A stretch of DNA of 64,000 nt from positions 1 to 64,000 of the forward strand of contig ML002221.1 of NCBI GenBank assembly GCA_003614675.1. The letters are read 5' to 3'. The notes below the pieces were generated by a model. The model searched no databases, was not told the origin of the DNA, and saw only the letters and a program-made list of their open reading frames with translations. The number at the start of each line of letters is the position of its first letter. Within the stretch, counting starts at the first letter, position 1. Position numbers and translations under genes: made by a program. This document shows positions 33,704-47,297 of this stretch, one piece after another. The stretch comes from Dimargaris cristalligena (Eukaryota).

Positions 33704-36325
33704 ATGAGCAGTCGTAGCCACCGCGATCGACGCGATTCCGATCGCCCCACCGACCGCCACCGCCACTATGACAGCCCATCGCCTACACGCGGTCGCGCTG
33801 ATCCCCGAAGTTCCCGTCGCCGCTCCCGGTCACCTGCTCGTCCCCGCTCGCGGTCGCGGTCGCGTTCCCCCCGGCCTTCCCACCGACACCCACGGCACTC
33901 TCGGTCCCGTTCGCGGTCCCCTGCCGATGGGTACCGACGGGACCGCTACTCTCGGCGCGACGATGCATCCACGCGCCGGCGGATAGCCGATTCCACCCTG
34001 GAGCGCTTTAGTGCCCGGTCCCATATGAACAGCCGACCCGTAGCTGGTCAAGGCAACCCCCTGGAGAAATTGAAACAAGCAATGCAGGCGAACGAACAAC
34101 TAGCCTACCGTCCCTCGGCCAGTCGCACTGCTCCGCGGGAGCCCAGTGCTGTAGCCGATACGACGAAAAGTTCCGGTGCTGACCGTGGTTATGATCATGG
34201 TCATAATGAGGGCAGTGGTGACGATGAAAGCCCAACCGCTGGTCCGTCCACCAAAGTCTCGGTCGCCGCCCCCGGGGTGATTAAACCCCAATTCTTGACC
34301 AAAGCACAGCGGGCCCAGCTGGCCCTCGAGCGTCGCCAGGCCCAGGTTGAGGCGGACCGGAGTCGAAATGACGCCGAACGCCGGGATGTCGCTGCGGCCC
34401 TTGGCCGGTCTGACTCCATGACCCGGACGCGGTCCAACAGGTCGGATGCTCGTAATAGGCGATCGCTATCAGCTGAGCGGTCCCCCCAACCGGGCGCCGA
34501 GGAAGAACTCCAGGTGATTCGGGAACGCTATATAGGGGTGGAAAAGAAAAAACGCCCGCCCCGGCGACTGAATGAACGGAAATTCGTCTTCGACTGGGCG
34601 ACTACAGAGGATACCTCCCAGGAATACAATGATTTATACCAGCAGCGGATGCAACCCACCCTATTCGGTCGAGGTCATGTAGGTGGGATTGACCCGCGTG
34701 CCCAGGAGAAAGAGCGCCGCAAGTTCTTCCAGTCCGTCGAGGACCAGCGTCGGCGGGGGCACCGCAAGCGGGAATCGGACAGTAAATCGGTAGACGAGGA
34801 TTCCCATTTGGACGACTTTTCTGACGGGGACCGGCCTGTTGCCGCTGCCGCCACGGCCGACGCCAAACTCCTGGACCCGAGGGCTCGCCCGGGCCGCAAA
34901 CCCCGTTGGGACGACCGGCGGTGGTCGGAGAAGGAGTTGTCCGAAATGCAGGAGCGGGACTGGCGCATCTTTAAGGAGGACTTCAATATTTCCACCAAAG
35001 GGGGCCGGATTCCTAATCCGATTCGGCACTGGAAAGAATCGTCGCTGCCGGCCCCTATTTTGGATATTATTCACCAAGTGGGGTACCTGGAACCCACTCC
35101 TATCCAGCGCCAGGCCATCCCCATTGGATTGCAGAACCGCGATATCATCGGTATCGCTGAGACGGGTAGTGGTAAAACCGCGTCCTTCCTTATTCCCATG
35201 TTGGTCTACATTTCCGGACTACCCCCCATTACGGCCGAAAACATGGCCAACGGTCCCTACGCTTTGATTCTGGCCCCAACCCGTGAACTGGCCCAACAAA
35301 TTGAACATGAAACCATCAAATTCTGCCAGCCGCTGGGCTACCACTGCGTCTCCCTTGTCGGTGGGCATGCCATGGAGGAACAGTCATTCAACCTGCGGAA
35401 TGGTGCGGCCATCATCATTGCTACCCCCGGGCGACTCAAAGACCTGCTCGACCGGCGTATTTTGGTCTTAACCCAATGCGCCTACGTGGTCATGGACGAA
35501 GCCGACCGTATGATTGATATGGGATTCGAGCCGGATGTTAATTACATTTTGGATGCCCTGCCTGTATCGAACAAGAAACCGGATACCGTCGCGGGTGATA
35601 TGGATAATGAACTGGATGGCGATGAGGAGCATGATCAGGCGATGCTCGTGGATGGTCCCACCACCGGACCCCTCACCCGGTACCGCCAAACCACTATGTT
35701 TTCAGCTACGATGCCGACGGCGGTGGAACGCTTGGCCCAAAAGTACCTCCGACGCCCCGCGGTCGTGACCATCGGTACGGCCGGCCAGGCGGTGGAAACG
35801 GTGGAACAGCGTGTGGAAATGATCAACGACGAAACCCGCAAACGGCAACGTCTCCTGGACATTCTCCGCCGCGGGATTGAACCGCCCATCATTGTGTTCG
35901 TCAACCAAAAGAAAATCGCTGACTCCCTCACCCGTTTTATTCGCGCCGAGGGCTACCCGGTTACTACGCTCCACGGAGGTAAATCCCAGGACCAGCGCGA
36001 GGCTTCCCTGACCCAACTCAAGGACGGTACCATGGAAATCTTGGTGGCCACCGATGTGGCCGGTCGAGGTATCGACGTGAAGGACGTGTCCCTGGTCGTT
36101 AACTTCGATATGGCCAAGAATATCGAAGACTATACCCACCGGATCGGACGAACGGGGCGTGCGGGTAAATCAGGAGTGGCCATTACCTTTTTGGCCAATT
36201 CGGACGCTGATGTGATGTTCGATCTGAAACAAATGATCGCGAAATCCTCCATTTCCCGACTGCCGCCCGAATTGGCTAACCACGAGGCGGCCCAGGCCCA
36301 GAAAGGCAACTTTAAGAACATCTGA
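33704..36325 (+). CDS. PRP28: Pre-mRNA splicing DEAD-box helicase Prp28/DDX23 (873 aa, single exon)
   Basis: RS-rich N-terminus; [46 protein letters not shown] and [10 protein letters not shown] motifs. Confidence 0.97.
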   Translation: MSSRSHRDRRDSDRPTDRHRHYDSPSPTRGRADPRSSRRRSRSPARPRSRSRSRSPRPSHRHPRHSRSRSRSPADGYRRDRYSRRDDASTRRRIADSTLERFSARSHMNSRPVAGQGNPLEKLKQAMQANEQLAYRPSASRTAPREPSAVADTTKSSGADRGYDHGHNEGSGDDESPTAGPSTKVSVAAPGVIKPQFLTKAQRAQLALERRQAQVEADRSRNDAERRDVAAALGRSDSMTRTRSNRSDARNRRSLSAERSPQPGAEEELQVIRERYIGVEKKKRPPRRLNERKFVFDWATTEDTSQEYNDLYQQRMQPTLFGRGHVGGIDPRAQEKERRKFFQSVEDQRRRGHRKRESDSKSVDEDSHLDDFSDGDRPVAAAATADAKLLDPRARPGRKPRWDDRRWSEKELSEMQERDWRIFKEDFNISTKGGRIPNPIRHWKESSLPAPILDIIHQVGYLEPTPIQRQAIPIGLQNRDIIGIAETGSGKTASFLIPMLVYISGLPPITAENMANGPYALILAPTRELAQQIEHETIKFCQPLGYHCVSLVGGHAMEEQSFNLRNGAAIIIATPGRLKDLLDRRILVLTQCAYVVMDEADRMIDMGFEPDVNYILDALPVSNKKPDTVAGDMDNELDGDEEHDQAMLVDGPTTGPLTRYRQTTMFSATMPTAVERLAQKYLRRPAVVTIGTAGQAVETVEQRVEMINDETRKRQRLLDILRRGIEPPIIVFVNQKKIADSLTRFIRAEGYPVTTLHGGKSQDQREASLTQLKDGTMEILVATDVAGRGIDVKDVSLVVNFDMAKNIEDYTHRIGRTGRAGKSGVAITFLANSDADVMFDLKQMIAKSSISRLPPELANHEAAQAQKGNFKNI

Positions 36326-37253
36326 GCAAAGGGCCGGAGTTTGGGCGGGGGTATTAGGGTTAATTGTTATGGATAAATTCGGCCATGCCGTGCTACGTAT
36401 TGATGCCTGGTATCTTTTTCCCATATAAGGAAGGGGCGAGGCTCAATGTAATGTTGATGGTGTATTCCTTTATTAGCAGATAATGCCTCGCCTTGAACTT
36501 GTTGGTCATTTAACCATACAACCGGAATCGATTTCTTCTGTTACATGATTGTGTTTTGTTGATAACTGGTGAATAATAAATGATAATACCAGCCCTACCG
36601 GTACTGAGTTTCAATTGCTCAAGAATTTTAGATGGTGGCATATTTACACCTTAGATTTACAATGTTATGGCGTATAAGAATGTTTTGACATGAAAACGTG
36701 GCTTCGTTCCATCGACTAAAATCTTAGGTAATATATTTGATTTGATATCTAGAAACGCGCTGGGTTTTTAAGGCAGCGTTGGTACTGACGACTTAGGCTA
36801 AATTATGTAGATGATCGAGTATTTAATCACGTACAACGCAAGTCTGACTGCGAGAAAAGGCCCTCAAAGGGAATGTCGATTCGACCACTCAGCCGGCGAT
36901 TAGATACCAAGATAGCAGCTTGGCCATTTGTAATCAATGGTGAGGCTATCTACTAAAGGAGGAAATGAATCAGTCGATGAAAAGGTGCTCAGTACTTTAT
37001 AAAATTTTACATCATTGCTAATGGGCATCATGATTACTGATAAATTAGTTAATAACTCCATAGATAAATTCCTATCAGTGAAATCAGTGCTCTTAAAATA
37101 CCATCATGGATGTTGAAAGATGGTTCTTACACGCACCACATACACCAAGTTTCACCAAAAAGGGGTGCCTTCCACCCTAGAGGTACGATATATATATATA
37201 TATATATTTATAGGAATATCGAATAACTCCGCTTGGTGTAGGTAGTATTACAG

Positions 37254-37355
37254 ATGATGATACTTTGGAACGCATTGGAAAACTCCTTATGGCAGTTTGG
37301 ATACCCAAACTATTTTTAAGTAAAACCAACAGATATTTCTACAAAGGGCAGCTGA
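37254..37355 (+). ncRNA. Candidate box C/D snoRNA with an 18S rRNA guide
   Basis: Box C ATGATGA at 37254-37260 and box D CTGA at 37352-37355. TACAAAGGGCAG (37340-37351) directly before box D is complementary to the conserved 18S sequence CUGCCCUUUGUA. Internal hairpin AGTTTGG-ATAC-CCAAACT; (TA)n tract about 45 bp upstream. No terminal stem or clear C'/D' boxes. Confidence 0.4.
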
Positions 37356-37997
37356 CCCTAAACTAACACTCCCATCGGCCGTAGTCTTCGTCCGATATAC
37401 AACAATACAATCTAAGATGGCATTCCAGTCGACGTTAATAATTGAACCTCATCATTACAAATTGGCAAAAACTAGGCATCGTACAGAAGCCGGGTTTCGT
37501 GGAAACCTTAAGGGTAGCAATACAAGAACCCCTGGTACAATTACGTGGACCCCCCCCCTCCCCTTAAAACATCAGCCATATTTGGGGCGGTCGCATATCA
37601 GGGGTAGGGATTAGCCAGCCAGCCCCCACATCCAATACCGATTTCAAATTCGCTGTATAAAAGTTTTGGGATTCAGCTAAGAAATGTCGCCTGACTATTT
37701 AAATGGTGAGAACAATGGAGGGAAAATCGTCGCCTGGATCGCCAAAGTAAAAGCATCCAATCCCCAAATCAACAAAATGTGCTGCGGGCAGCTGCACTAG
37801 GCAAATTCACTCAAACAAACCTGCATGGTAGAAAGCGGCCCCGTTAGCGTGAATGACAAACTGCGCCCAAGCAATAGGTGCCGAACTTGTTAACTTATTT
37901 AATGACTAATGTGATGAAGAAAAAGAACCACGTAAACATTATTAACAGAAATAAATATTATGTAATATAATTTACATGGGTAAAATATTTTCAACCA

Positions 37998-38079
37998 GTC
38001 ACTTTGGCGGAGTGGTTAACGCGGTGGCCTGCTAAGCCATTTCCCTTTGGGAGCGCAGGTTCGAATCCTGCAGGTGACG
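37998..38079 (+). tRNA. tRNA-Ser(GCT), intronless, 82 nt
   Basis: Acceptor stem GTCACTT/AGGTGAC plus G discriminator; D-arm TGGCGGAGTGGTTAACGC; anticodon arm GTGGC-CT-GCT-AA-GCCAT; long variable arm; T-arm GCAGG-TTCGAAT-CCTGC. Confidence 0.97.
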
Positions 38080-38081
38080 AC

Positions 38082-38087
38082 TTTTTT
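38082..38087 (+). terminator. RNA polymerase III terminator (T6) of tRNA-Ser
   Basis: TTTTTT two bases after the tRNA 3' end. Confidence 0.8.
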
Positions 38088-41000
38088 GTTATTTCTTCTT
38101 TTATGCGCGTCTCATTTTACCTACACTGAGAGGTGTTAGTGATTTTATCCCCTTAATTTTTTTTAGGGGGAGCGTTCCTCATTTTGGCAAAATGGAAGTC
38201 TCCTGACTTAAGAGTCGTTAACAACAATGTTTTGGAGTAAGCGGTCGTTAGCACACCCCAGGAATATTTTACCTTAATTATACGAATAAATGTACTTTAA
38301 TAAAGTCTAGGTTGTTTACAGTGGTATATTATTTCAATGATTTTTTTTATTATACCCGGAATACCACGGGCGGCCCTACTAGCTTAACACGCTGTGTGTA
38401 AGAGGGTGGTGAGTATTAGATTCCCGTTATCTAGCCATAAATGTATCCCGAAAACCCTTCACGACTATCTTGCCACAAGTGAGATGCAACGGGTATCGGG
38501 GGGTCTTCGTCTTCTTCGAACCGATTTTTTCAGCTGAATGGAGAGTAATCGTGAAGGTAATTTCGTGGGATACAACTAGTTGGAGTGAATTAAGAAGGCC
38601 AATCTGAGGCTTCAAGTTACTGAAGGAAGATTATGATTGATCGTAACGACCATTTGCTTTCAATATATATATATATATATATATATATGCATATTTATTT
38701 GGACTTCATGGTATTATTTTAAAAGAGTCTCCGGCCTTCATACATTAGTTTCCCATTCACTAATCGGCGAGTGGTTTATTCAAGCTGGAAGAAAATCCAC
38801 CTCGCAGCCGATGCTGCCGCTTTATCGGGTGTATGGGCTATATCTTCTTTTAGTGCTTATCGGTGGTGACTCATTTATGTATCGCGAATCATGCTGCTGA
38901 CAGCCTTGGAATCGGTCCAAAGGTAAGCCAAACAGTAGTATCTTCATGATCTGGAGGGGTGGAGGTTGGTGAACATTGCGCTGGCCCACAACAATTCACG
39001 GTTTTTTGACTCATGTGGTGGCCGATCGTACAGCAGCACTAGACCTAGGAAATCGAGAAGCGTGGGTAGGCCTTATTGTTTAAAAAAACATGTTTATGGA
39101 GTCCTGATTGAGTTAATGAGGGCGGATAGGAAGATACCCCAAAATGGCTAAACGGTATTCCTTATAGGGCGGGGTACCCCACAATGACCAACCTTCGTGG
39201 TATTTAGTCAGCCTTCACTTAATGTAACCCTAGAACTGAACTACAGGATTTGCTAGTGTCCGTCTGTCATGGCTAGGTCGTGTCTACTGCGAAAATTGGC
39301 CGCCCAGTGGGTGTTTACTTCGAATTGTAACATATGTTGCTGTCTATCTTCTACACCCACTGTTTGGCCAATCTAGCGACACGTATCTCTCACACACCCA
39401 CATATATATCTATCTATCCTGGCTCAGTATGGCGTGTTTACCTGCATCGCTTTCGACCACCCCCTGAATCTTCGTATTTCGGAGGGGAGGGGCCATTGTT
39501 TTTCGCATGTTCATCCTTGATTGATGCCCATGCTCTAACTACACTGCTCTTGCCAGTCTTCCAACATGGTAAGTCTAGGGACCGCCGAGGGGCGATCTCT
39601 TTCTTTCTTTCTACTGACCATTTGCCCAATCACTCGACCTATTCTCTCTCCATCGGAACTAGCTGAATCATAATAATAAATAAATAAAATCGACCATTTG
39701 TAAGCCAAGCATGGTTCACAACAGAAGTGTCGATCCCCCATTTCGACCACCATCCATATCAAACCTAGACCCCATCCCGATACCCTGACGGAGGCGGGGT
39801 TCGACTCTTTGCATCAATGGTTATTGGCTATACGGGCGGAAAAATTGAACGGAAACAGCCCTTATTGTATGTATATGGGTATGTGTATATGGTATAGTGT
39901 GTGTATGGGGGTGTATGTGGATGTGGGGGAGGGAGAGGGCTTGTAGACTGTTCCATGCTTAACAGAGATTGCGCAAAATGCAGTGTCCCGCCGCTTAGTT
40001 GCTCTATTCACCAATGTACCCTGGTCGCCCATATTTGTTTACCGATCTGCAGGTGCAGGGTGGTATGACATTACTTTGGGTTCACCCTGAGCCCCCGATC
40101 CTTGGCTCACTCTTTGTGTTTACTCCACATCCCACACCGCCAGCGACGAATTCAATTGGACGCACGGATGGTCGAATGGTTGGACGACAAATAAAATAAT
40201 AAAATAAACAGTGGCAGACTCCGATGAGACCACCATAAAGCTGGGGGGCGCAGATGAGGTATAGGTTAGATAGAAGGAAGAGGGGTCAAGCCTGAAACAG
40301 TGAACAATGAGGAGGGTATGTAGGGAGGGATTAGGTAAGAAGGGATTATTGTGTGGTGGGTTCTCCCTACCGGGTCCCATGGCTTGACGCCGACCATTTA
40401 ACCTAATCGAGCCAGGTGTGTGGGTATGGGTCGAACCCAGGTTTTTTTAATCGCCATGACCGATGAGTTGCATCGATAAGTGGTGGGAAGGCGTCGATCA
40501 CGGATCACATTGGGGGTTCTTGGAATGCGTGCCACGGCCCCGGATAGCGCCTATTTAACCCGCTGGAAATAGGATACAATTAAGCACCTTTGCTTTGGGT
40601 GGCAGCTTAGAGTGGTCTTCAACATTGACAATGGAACGGATAGGCCCGATACTTCCAACGGGGGCTGCATGGTGGGGGGTGGAGGCTGCTGCCCATACTG
40701 TAGGACATTTCAATTTATCTCTTTATTAGATTGCGGATGTTGTGACCATTCTTTAGTAGTTATGTAGGATACATATATATATATAGCAATTTATTGATAA
40801 GAGGCGGACCATGCTGGTCCCTAGGGAATGCTACGGCGCTTGTCACGGGCACCCGATACCATCACTGGGTAATTGCAGAATCTCCACCCGGATTTAAGAA
40901 TCGCAATCATCCTTCCATGATCACATCAATAGTTGATTCCAATCCTTTTGGTGCCCACCATATATATTGGAATTTCATGAAATTTGTTTCCTGTAAACCT

Positions 41001-44000
41001 GATAATGAGGGAGGGAGGGGATATAAAAAGTAAGGGTGGCGTGAGACTCTCTTCTAAACTTCCAAAAATAATCACCCAATGCCAAAACAGTCGGGGTGGC
41101 CCAAGATTGGGGCGGTAAATCATTTCTAACGAAAATGGGGTGGTCCACTGACTTTCCATGTATACAACCAAGTTAGAATACCCCCCCTCCTGGAATGATG
41201 AAAATCATTCACCATGCCCTATTTCCTAAACCACATACATCCCCCCTCCCACCCTTCCCTCATATTTTATGGCAACCTCTCCCACGCGCTTATTGTTTGC
41301 TGAGGGGCTAAAAATAGGGATACCAAGTGGAAGCAATGTGGCCATTGGTATTGGAAGAGTAGCAAAAGTCAACCCCGAAAGAAGCCACACTGGCCCTTGG
41401 CTCGATACTATCGAGTTGGAATGAACAATGGGGGCATACACACGCCTGCTGCAAAATACCTAATAGTTGGAGATGTCATTTTCCACTTCCAACCTACATT
41501 GCCTAATGCGTTTTTTAGCTTTTAAGGGTAACTAACCTAGTTGATACGCTAGTTATTTGGAACCATTGTGGACTGTTCAGCTGTTGGTAAACCCGGGGTA
41601 GACGATCGCCAGCCGTGTACGTCTAGTCCCACTACTACTTAACTGGTGGACTAGCTAAGCTGTCAGTCGTCCCACCTTGGGAGAGTATTTAGAAGCCCGC
41701 GCATGTCAATGGTCAAGCGACAAGCACCCCACCCACAATTTTCGGGTTTAATATAACTAAAAAAGATTGTACATTTCAGTTGGACCGGTGAATAGAGCTC
41801 ATGGTGTATGAGGAGGGGGGGAGCAAATCCTAAATATGGAGGCCACCTTTCATTGAAATAGATCCTAGAAGAGGATGTTACTGCGAGACCATAAACGTCG
41901 GGATTTTACTTACCATCTAAAGGCACTTTTGGGGTAGATTGCTTTGAAGTAGACGAAAAAGAAATGGGCCGACTGGATTCGCCTATTGGTCAGTCAGCTC
42001 CGCAGTTCTACATACGAGCGAGAAGATATGAAGTTGGACGACCGCTGGTTCACAGTATACCAGGAGGGTGAAGGACCCATGGCTAGGTTATTTGTTTCGA
42101 CATTACCTGCCATGCCCTGCCACTACCATGAATGGTGGAAGGTCGATCGGAATCCCCCCGCTATGTGGTACTTGTTGGTGGGTCGCCTCTTGCTCTCCCT
42201 CACTTATCCAAGTACATCGGTCTGGATCGGGGGTCGGAAACTAGGCTAACTTGGTGTATTTTGCGTTTCAGTAATACCCCAGCACTCGCCACCGTCACCC
42301 CCCTAGTCTAGCTAATACAGACCAATGGTTTAATCATTATATATATATATATATATATATATTTAAAATAGATTGTACTTAAAGACAGCTCGAGTTACGA
42401 ATCAAGCTCCATGTTTCGGAGTTCAGTATTGACGAAGTGACACAATGGCACAGCTTCGCATATTAACTCGCCCGCTGGTTGGTAAGGCACCCATAACTGC
42501 CATCATTGGGAGCATCTTCTAGCCCAACGATTGGAGACGGTGCAATGCTCTAGGTGGATCCTTCATCATCCAGCCAGGTGTGTGTGTGTGGTAGGAGTGT
42601 GGTGACCAGTCAAACAAGGGTTGACATCGATGGATGCTGTTACCACCAAACCTTCAGTATACATAGAGAAATAATAGGAGCCGACTCTTTCAATCCTGCC
42701 TGGTTCATCGCCAGCCCATCTCATTCAGTAGCTTCCTTGGCTCTTTTCGAATTGCGGATAAATTTGGTATGGGGGGGGGGCTATTGTTCAATTAACCGAT
42801 AATATCTACTGGCTTACAATTGTACCCCCCCGAATGGACACCGAGTGTTATGTTCACTTTAGGAATATAAAAGCGCACATGTCGTTTCCATTGGATGCTA
42901 CAGTGGAATCGTGCAGCTTCCAAATGAGAAAGCGGCTATATGGCCGTTTTCGGACAGGTAATATAGTATATATTTCGGGGGAGTAAAAACAAGCCGATGA
43001 AATGTGTCAAAGGAAGCATCCGCAAATCGTATTTCCACCAAAGTTATTGGTCCTGCACTGACCCCAGTTGTTCGGCCTCGATGGACATAGGGTTGGATAT
43101 ACCAGGCGCATATGAGTTACATTATAAATGTCATTTATTTATGGGGTTTGACTTATTCAGGGCCCAATTTATTATTACTACAATATCCTTGATAATGTTC
43201 AAATTGCAGGAAGGGCGGAGGGGGTGGTGGGCGGTCAAAAAAGGATGGGGAACCCATCGACACCACCCGTACGATGGGCCGTAGGATAGTATAATGAGCC
43301 CACCGCCCTATACTGGGACATCACCCATTCTCTCACAGTATACTATTGTCTCGGCACGGAGAAGCGACACTGTACATCGGGGCCCTAAATCGCATCGACC
43401 AAAAAGTAAATATATCACCTAACAAAAAGGAAGAACAATATCCATAAAAAACTAGATTCAACCAGTGCTACTGCCACAGTCATCCGAATCCTCCCTCCAC
43501 TCCACTCCACTCCACTCCTAAATACACCACATAAGTCACACTCCTACCTAGTATTCGCTCATTCGTTTGTAATTTAAATTAAGCAATATAATGATATAGT
43601 CCGTTCACGCCCCAAGTGGGAAATATACTGGTGCAATCATCTTGGGATCCTCAGACGATACATTTAATGCTACTCCCCAGTGTCAGGAATGAAGATATCA
43701 GGCCGAGACCAAGGTTCACTGTTTTTTATTTATTTATTAGTCGCGCCTGTCCCCTCCTCTTTTTGGCACTCCCTCCTTCCTCCACCATTCATGCACTGAG
43801 GGGGATTGGTAATCCAAGTGCTGGTGAGCAACTCGTGGGTCAGGCAGGTGGGGCAAACCACCAACCATTGCCCTCCTAGAAGTTGCTCCTTTCTCCCCTT
43901 TTCCACACCCCTATAGATCGCTCTACTGTTCGGTACCTCAAAATAGATGTTCCGTTTGGTAAGTATCCCGCCTTGTGACCCTGTCCATTTACAGCCGGAA

Positions 44001-47000
44001 AAGAAGATTCAATAAAATAGTGATGTGATGATCCACCACATTAGAAGTAGGATGGGGAATATGGAAATACTTGCCCAATAAGTGTATATAGGTGAGGAGA
44101 GGGAGTTGGGAGGGAATCACTGCATCAGCGACCCAAAAACCTTAATATGGTGAGCCTAACTTACCGATAGGTAAGTAGTTCAATACGCGGGGATCGATGG
44201 TGATTGGAGTGACCCTGCACCTTGGGCGTACCGATGAACGGCATATGGGCAAGCGCATTGCCTGCAACGTTGACTGATTCGGCGACTTGGCTGCAGACAG
44301 CTACAGATTGAAATTATCACGCCGCCTGCCAACAATACATACATATATCCATGTCTATATGTATTGGAGTATTGTTAATGTTAATATTTGAGACTGCGAT
44401 TTCTACCTGTAAATTTGCCCGGTTTACACTAGATTAGTATTGAGCAACTGCTGACATTATTCGTTAAATCACCGTAGGTGGCGGGAAGATTTGAACAACT
44501 AAATGGAAGCCCCTCATACTTAACCGCCGTCAACTTTAAATTAAATCAAAAGGATCGCTCAGGATACACCAGTATTATCCCAGTTAGCAAGCCCGCATTA
44601 TTTACTGTCTATTGGTGAAGTTAGGAAGTGATGAAGAGGAGGCGGGGACACTGTGGTGAGTAGTAATAGGTATAGGGAAGCAGTGGAAAGGAGGAGCTGG
44701 ATAATGATGATGGTGGGGTATGGAGGGGATTGCATGGAAGAGAGAGGGAGAAGTCGACGTGACCAGCGCCCATTAGCTAGACCTCCAACCAAATTCGGGC
44801 AATCTGGGAAAACCCCCCGCTTCGAACAAAAAGAAAGCTTGGGAAGGGTGATGAATAGCCTCATTGACAGGAAAATCTGGGGAGGAAAGGTCAGCTGAGT
44901 GGGCCCAATAAGTGGAAACCATAATGCAATAAAGGGTGTGGACATATCGGGGAAGTAAAACCTGCGGTCAGTATAGGGAGGGAGGGGGAGCTTTACCATT
45001 GTAGAAAACGTGAAGGGTATGGTTAGGAGAGGGGTGAAGAGGAAGACTGGGCTTTGTCCAGCAAATTTGACAATTAATGAAGCCCTGGCTAGTAGGAAAG
45101 ATGTAGAATGCGGCGGGCATTTGTTGGTATACAGTTAGCGGGCTCTGAATCTCTCATGTCAGCGCCATCGGCAATACTATCCCTGGATTTATTGGTATCG
45201 TGCGATTTGTTTCGTATGCTCCGTAGCCGTTCTTACGGTTTGGTCAGGTCAAGTATTATCTTTGCTACTCCTCCCCTCTCTCTTCCATTTATAATGATAT
45301 TTCTCCGCCATTTCGGGTTGTACATCTAACGGTAAATAAGACCCCTGTTCACCTCTAATACTAACGCCAGCGAATATTTAAACCATTTAATATAGTATAT
45401 ATTATATACTATTCCCAATTGAAATTATATACAGGGGTAATCCTTCACGGATTGGCCGCAACATCGCCCCCACCTGTTCACCTCCTCCACCACCATCGCT
45501 TGGCCCCTCTACTATTTTACCACCCATCCATGTCTATAAGATGATCATCGAAAAAAGGGAGGGTGAGGGTAGAGGGGATGCGCGTTCATTATTCCCCCTC
45601 CCCTTCCCTCTATTTTATGGTGCTCGACTTTCCATTTGTTGTATATATATCTACCACCCTTTTATTATTAATAATAACATTAGGTACATCCCCCATACCT
45701 CCCCCCTTCCAAACAATGTGACATCCCTGATAAGAGCCAATTATTAACCAGGGAGGGGTGTGTGTGTGTGTGTACGTGCCTGGATACTGGATACGAGTAC
45801 GGTTGGAATCCGACCATGTCGCCGAGTTTCAATTGGAACGGAGTCCACATTTAAGTACCTCGACCTACACGCCTTAGTATTCGCCATCCACCCTGTCCAC
45901 ATTGTGGTAGTGGTGCTATTGTATATTAACCGAGGTTCAGTAAAAAGCACATACACTGCCGCCCATCTGTTGATACCACATGCCCAACACTCATCGGGTG
46001 GTCTAAAAATATGGGGCAGGGGTTGGACATTTACTATAGACCCCCCACATGGGGTGTGGTAGTGTAATATAGTCGGTAAACCTAAATAAGCACCTCTCCC
46101 TCTTCCCTTCCCCCCATTTGCAGATTGCATGTTTCATCATAATCGGCCCATCGGCCAAAAGGGGCCGGGAGAATGTGTCGATTTATTACATTGATCATGG
46201 TCCAAGTGCCTGGAGATGATCGTCTGGCTACATCTACATGGTTAACACATCAACTTAACCACTACCGCCAACCATAATCTGGCATCGACAAATAAAATAG
46301 AATAACAGGCGTTAAATCGGGGTTAGACGTTTGGGCAAAATGGGATTTATAGGAAGAAAATAGTGTATGTAAGTAGGTGGGTGGGTGTGAATTAATTAGG
46401 AGAAGGGTCGCAGGGTTCCCAATAAAATATAACAGTCTATCTGGAAAGATGGTGTGGGAAATTAAGTACAAGGTATGTGGTCCTTCACTTAAAGAAGTTT
46501 AGGACAAGCACATTCAAGCCACTGGAGGAATTATTATATAGTAAAAATAAAGCAAAGGTAGCAAAACACAATCAGCAACCAAGGCGATGTTTTGGACCAA
46601 GTGAAAAATAGAGACAGCCTGGAGGGAGTTACACCTAGACCGGCGGTGAAAGTGTGCAATCAATATATAATAAATAAATAGGTGAAATAACGCGCATCGA
46701 AGGTTAAAGGCATGAATTTTGGAACCAACTTAACGTGGCAAAAAACATAAACAATTATGGGAAGGAGGTGTATAGAAAACGAGTGAAAATAGCAGTATTA
46801 CTAAAGGTCAATAGAACAAACTAGATTACAGAGGGTCGAGTGGATGGCATGGCAGGGGAAAACGAACCCCAATGCCAAGTACCCAACCCACCCTATCTTT
46901 AGAGACGAGGGAGGGGATACGAGAAGATATTATCGGGACAAAGAGGTGTGGGCCGCGTGTACCAGCAAGCGCCCCCCCTCTCAACTCCTATATTAGGGGG

Positions 47001-47297
47001 ATTTTGGAATCGCAAACCTTCCGAGTCGCCAAACTTAGCACAGGGGGATGAACAAGCCCGTTTTCCGTCGTTCTCGGTCTATATTAACACTCCATCTGAT
47101 TGTCGATGGTGAATGAATCGGCTCCATCATCCTCCAACCGTGAATGGACGGAATTAAGAGGAGGAGGGGAAAGGGAGCAACGGGTGTTGTTCGAATTAGG
47201 AAAGAGAAATATGGAGAAACCCTAACAATCCGCTCAGTCGGCGATCGACACGCCAGTGCCATGATGGCCAATACGATGAAGGAGGAGGGGAGTGTGC

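Noticed and set aside
36975..37040. Second C/D-like segment with GGGCATCA (partial 18S complement)
   Set aside because: Non-consensus box C; the match is only 8 nt and not adjacent to the CTGA.
37660..37850. FW..AKK / DYLN..WRENRR fragments reminiscent of a Merlin/IS1595 transposase end
   Set aside because: Needs frameshifts, motif spacing is too short, and no terminal repeats are seen.
39790..39815. B-box-like GGTTCGACTC (similar motifs near 40430 and 51672 on the minus strand)
   Set aside because: No A box, cloverleaf or acceptor stem; not tRNAs.
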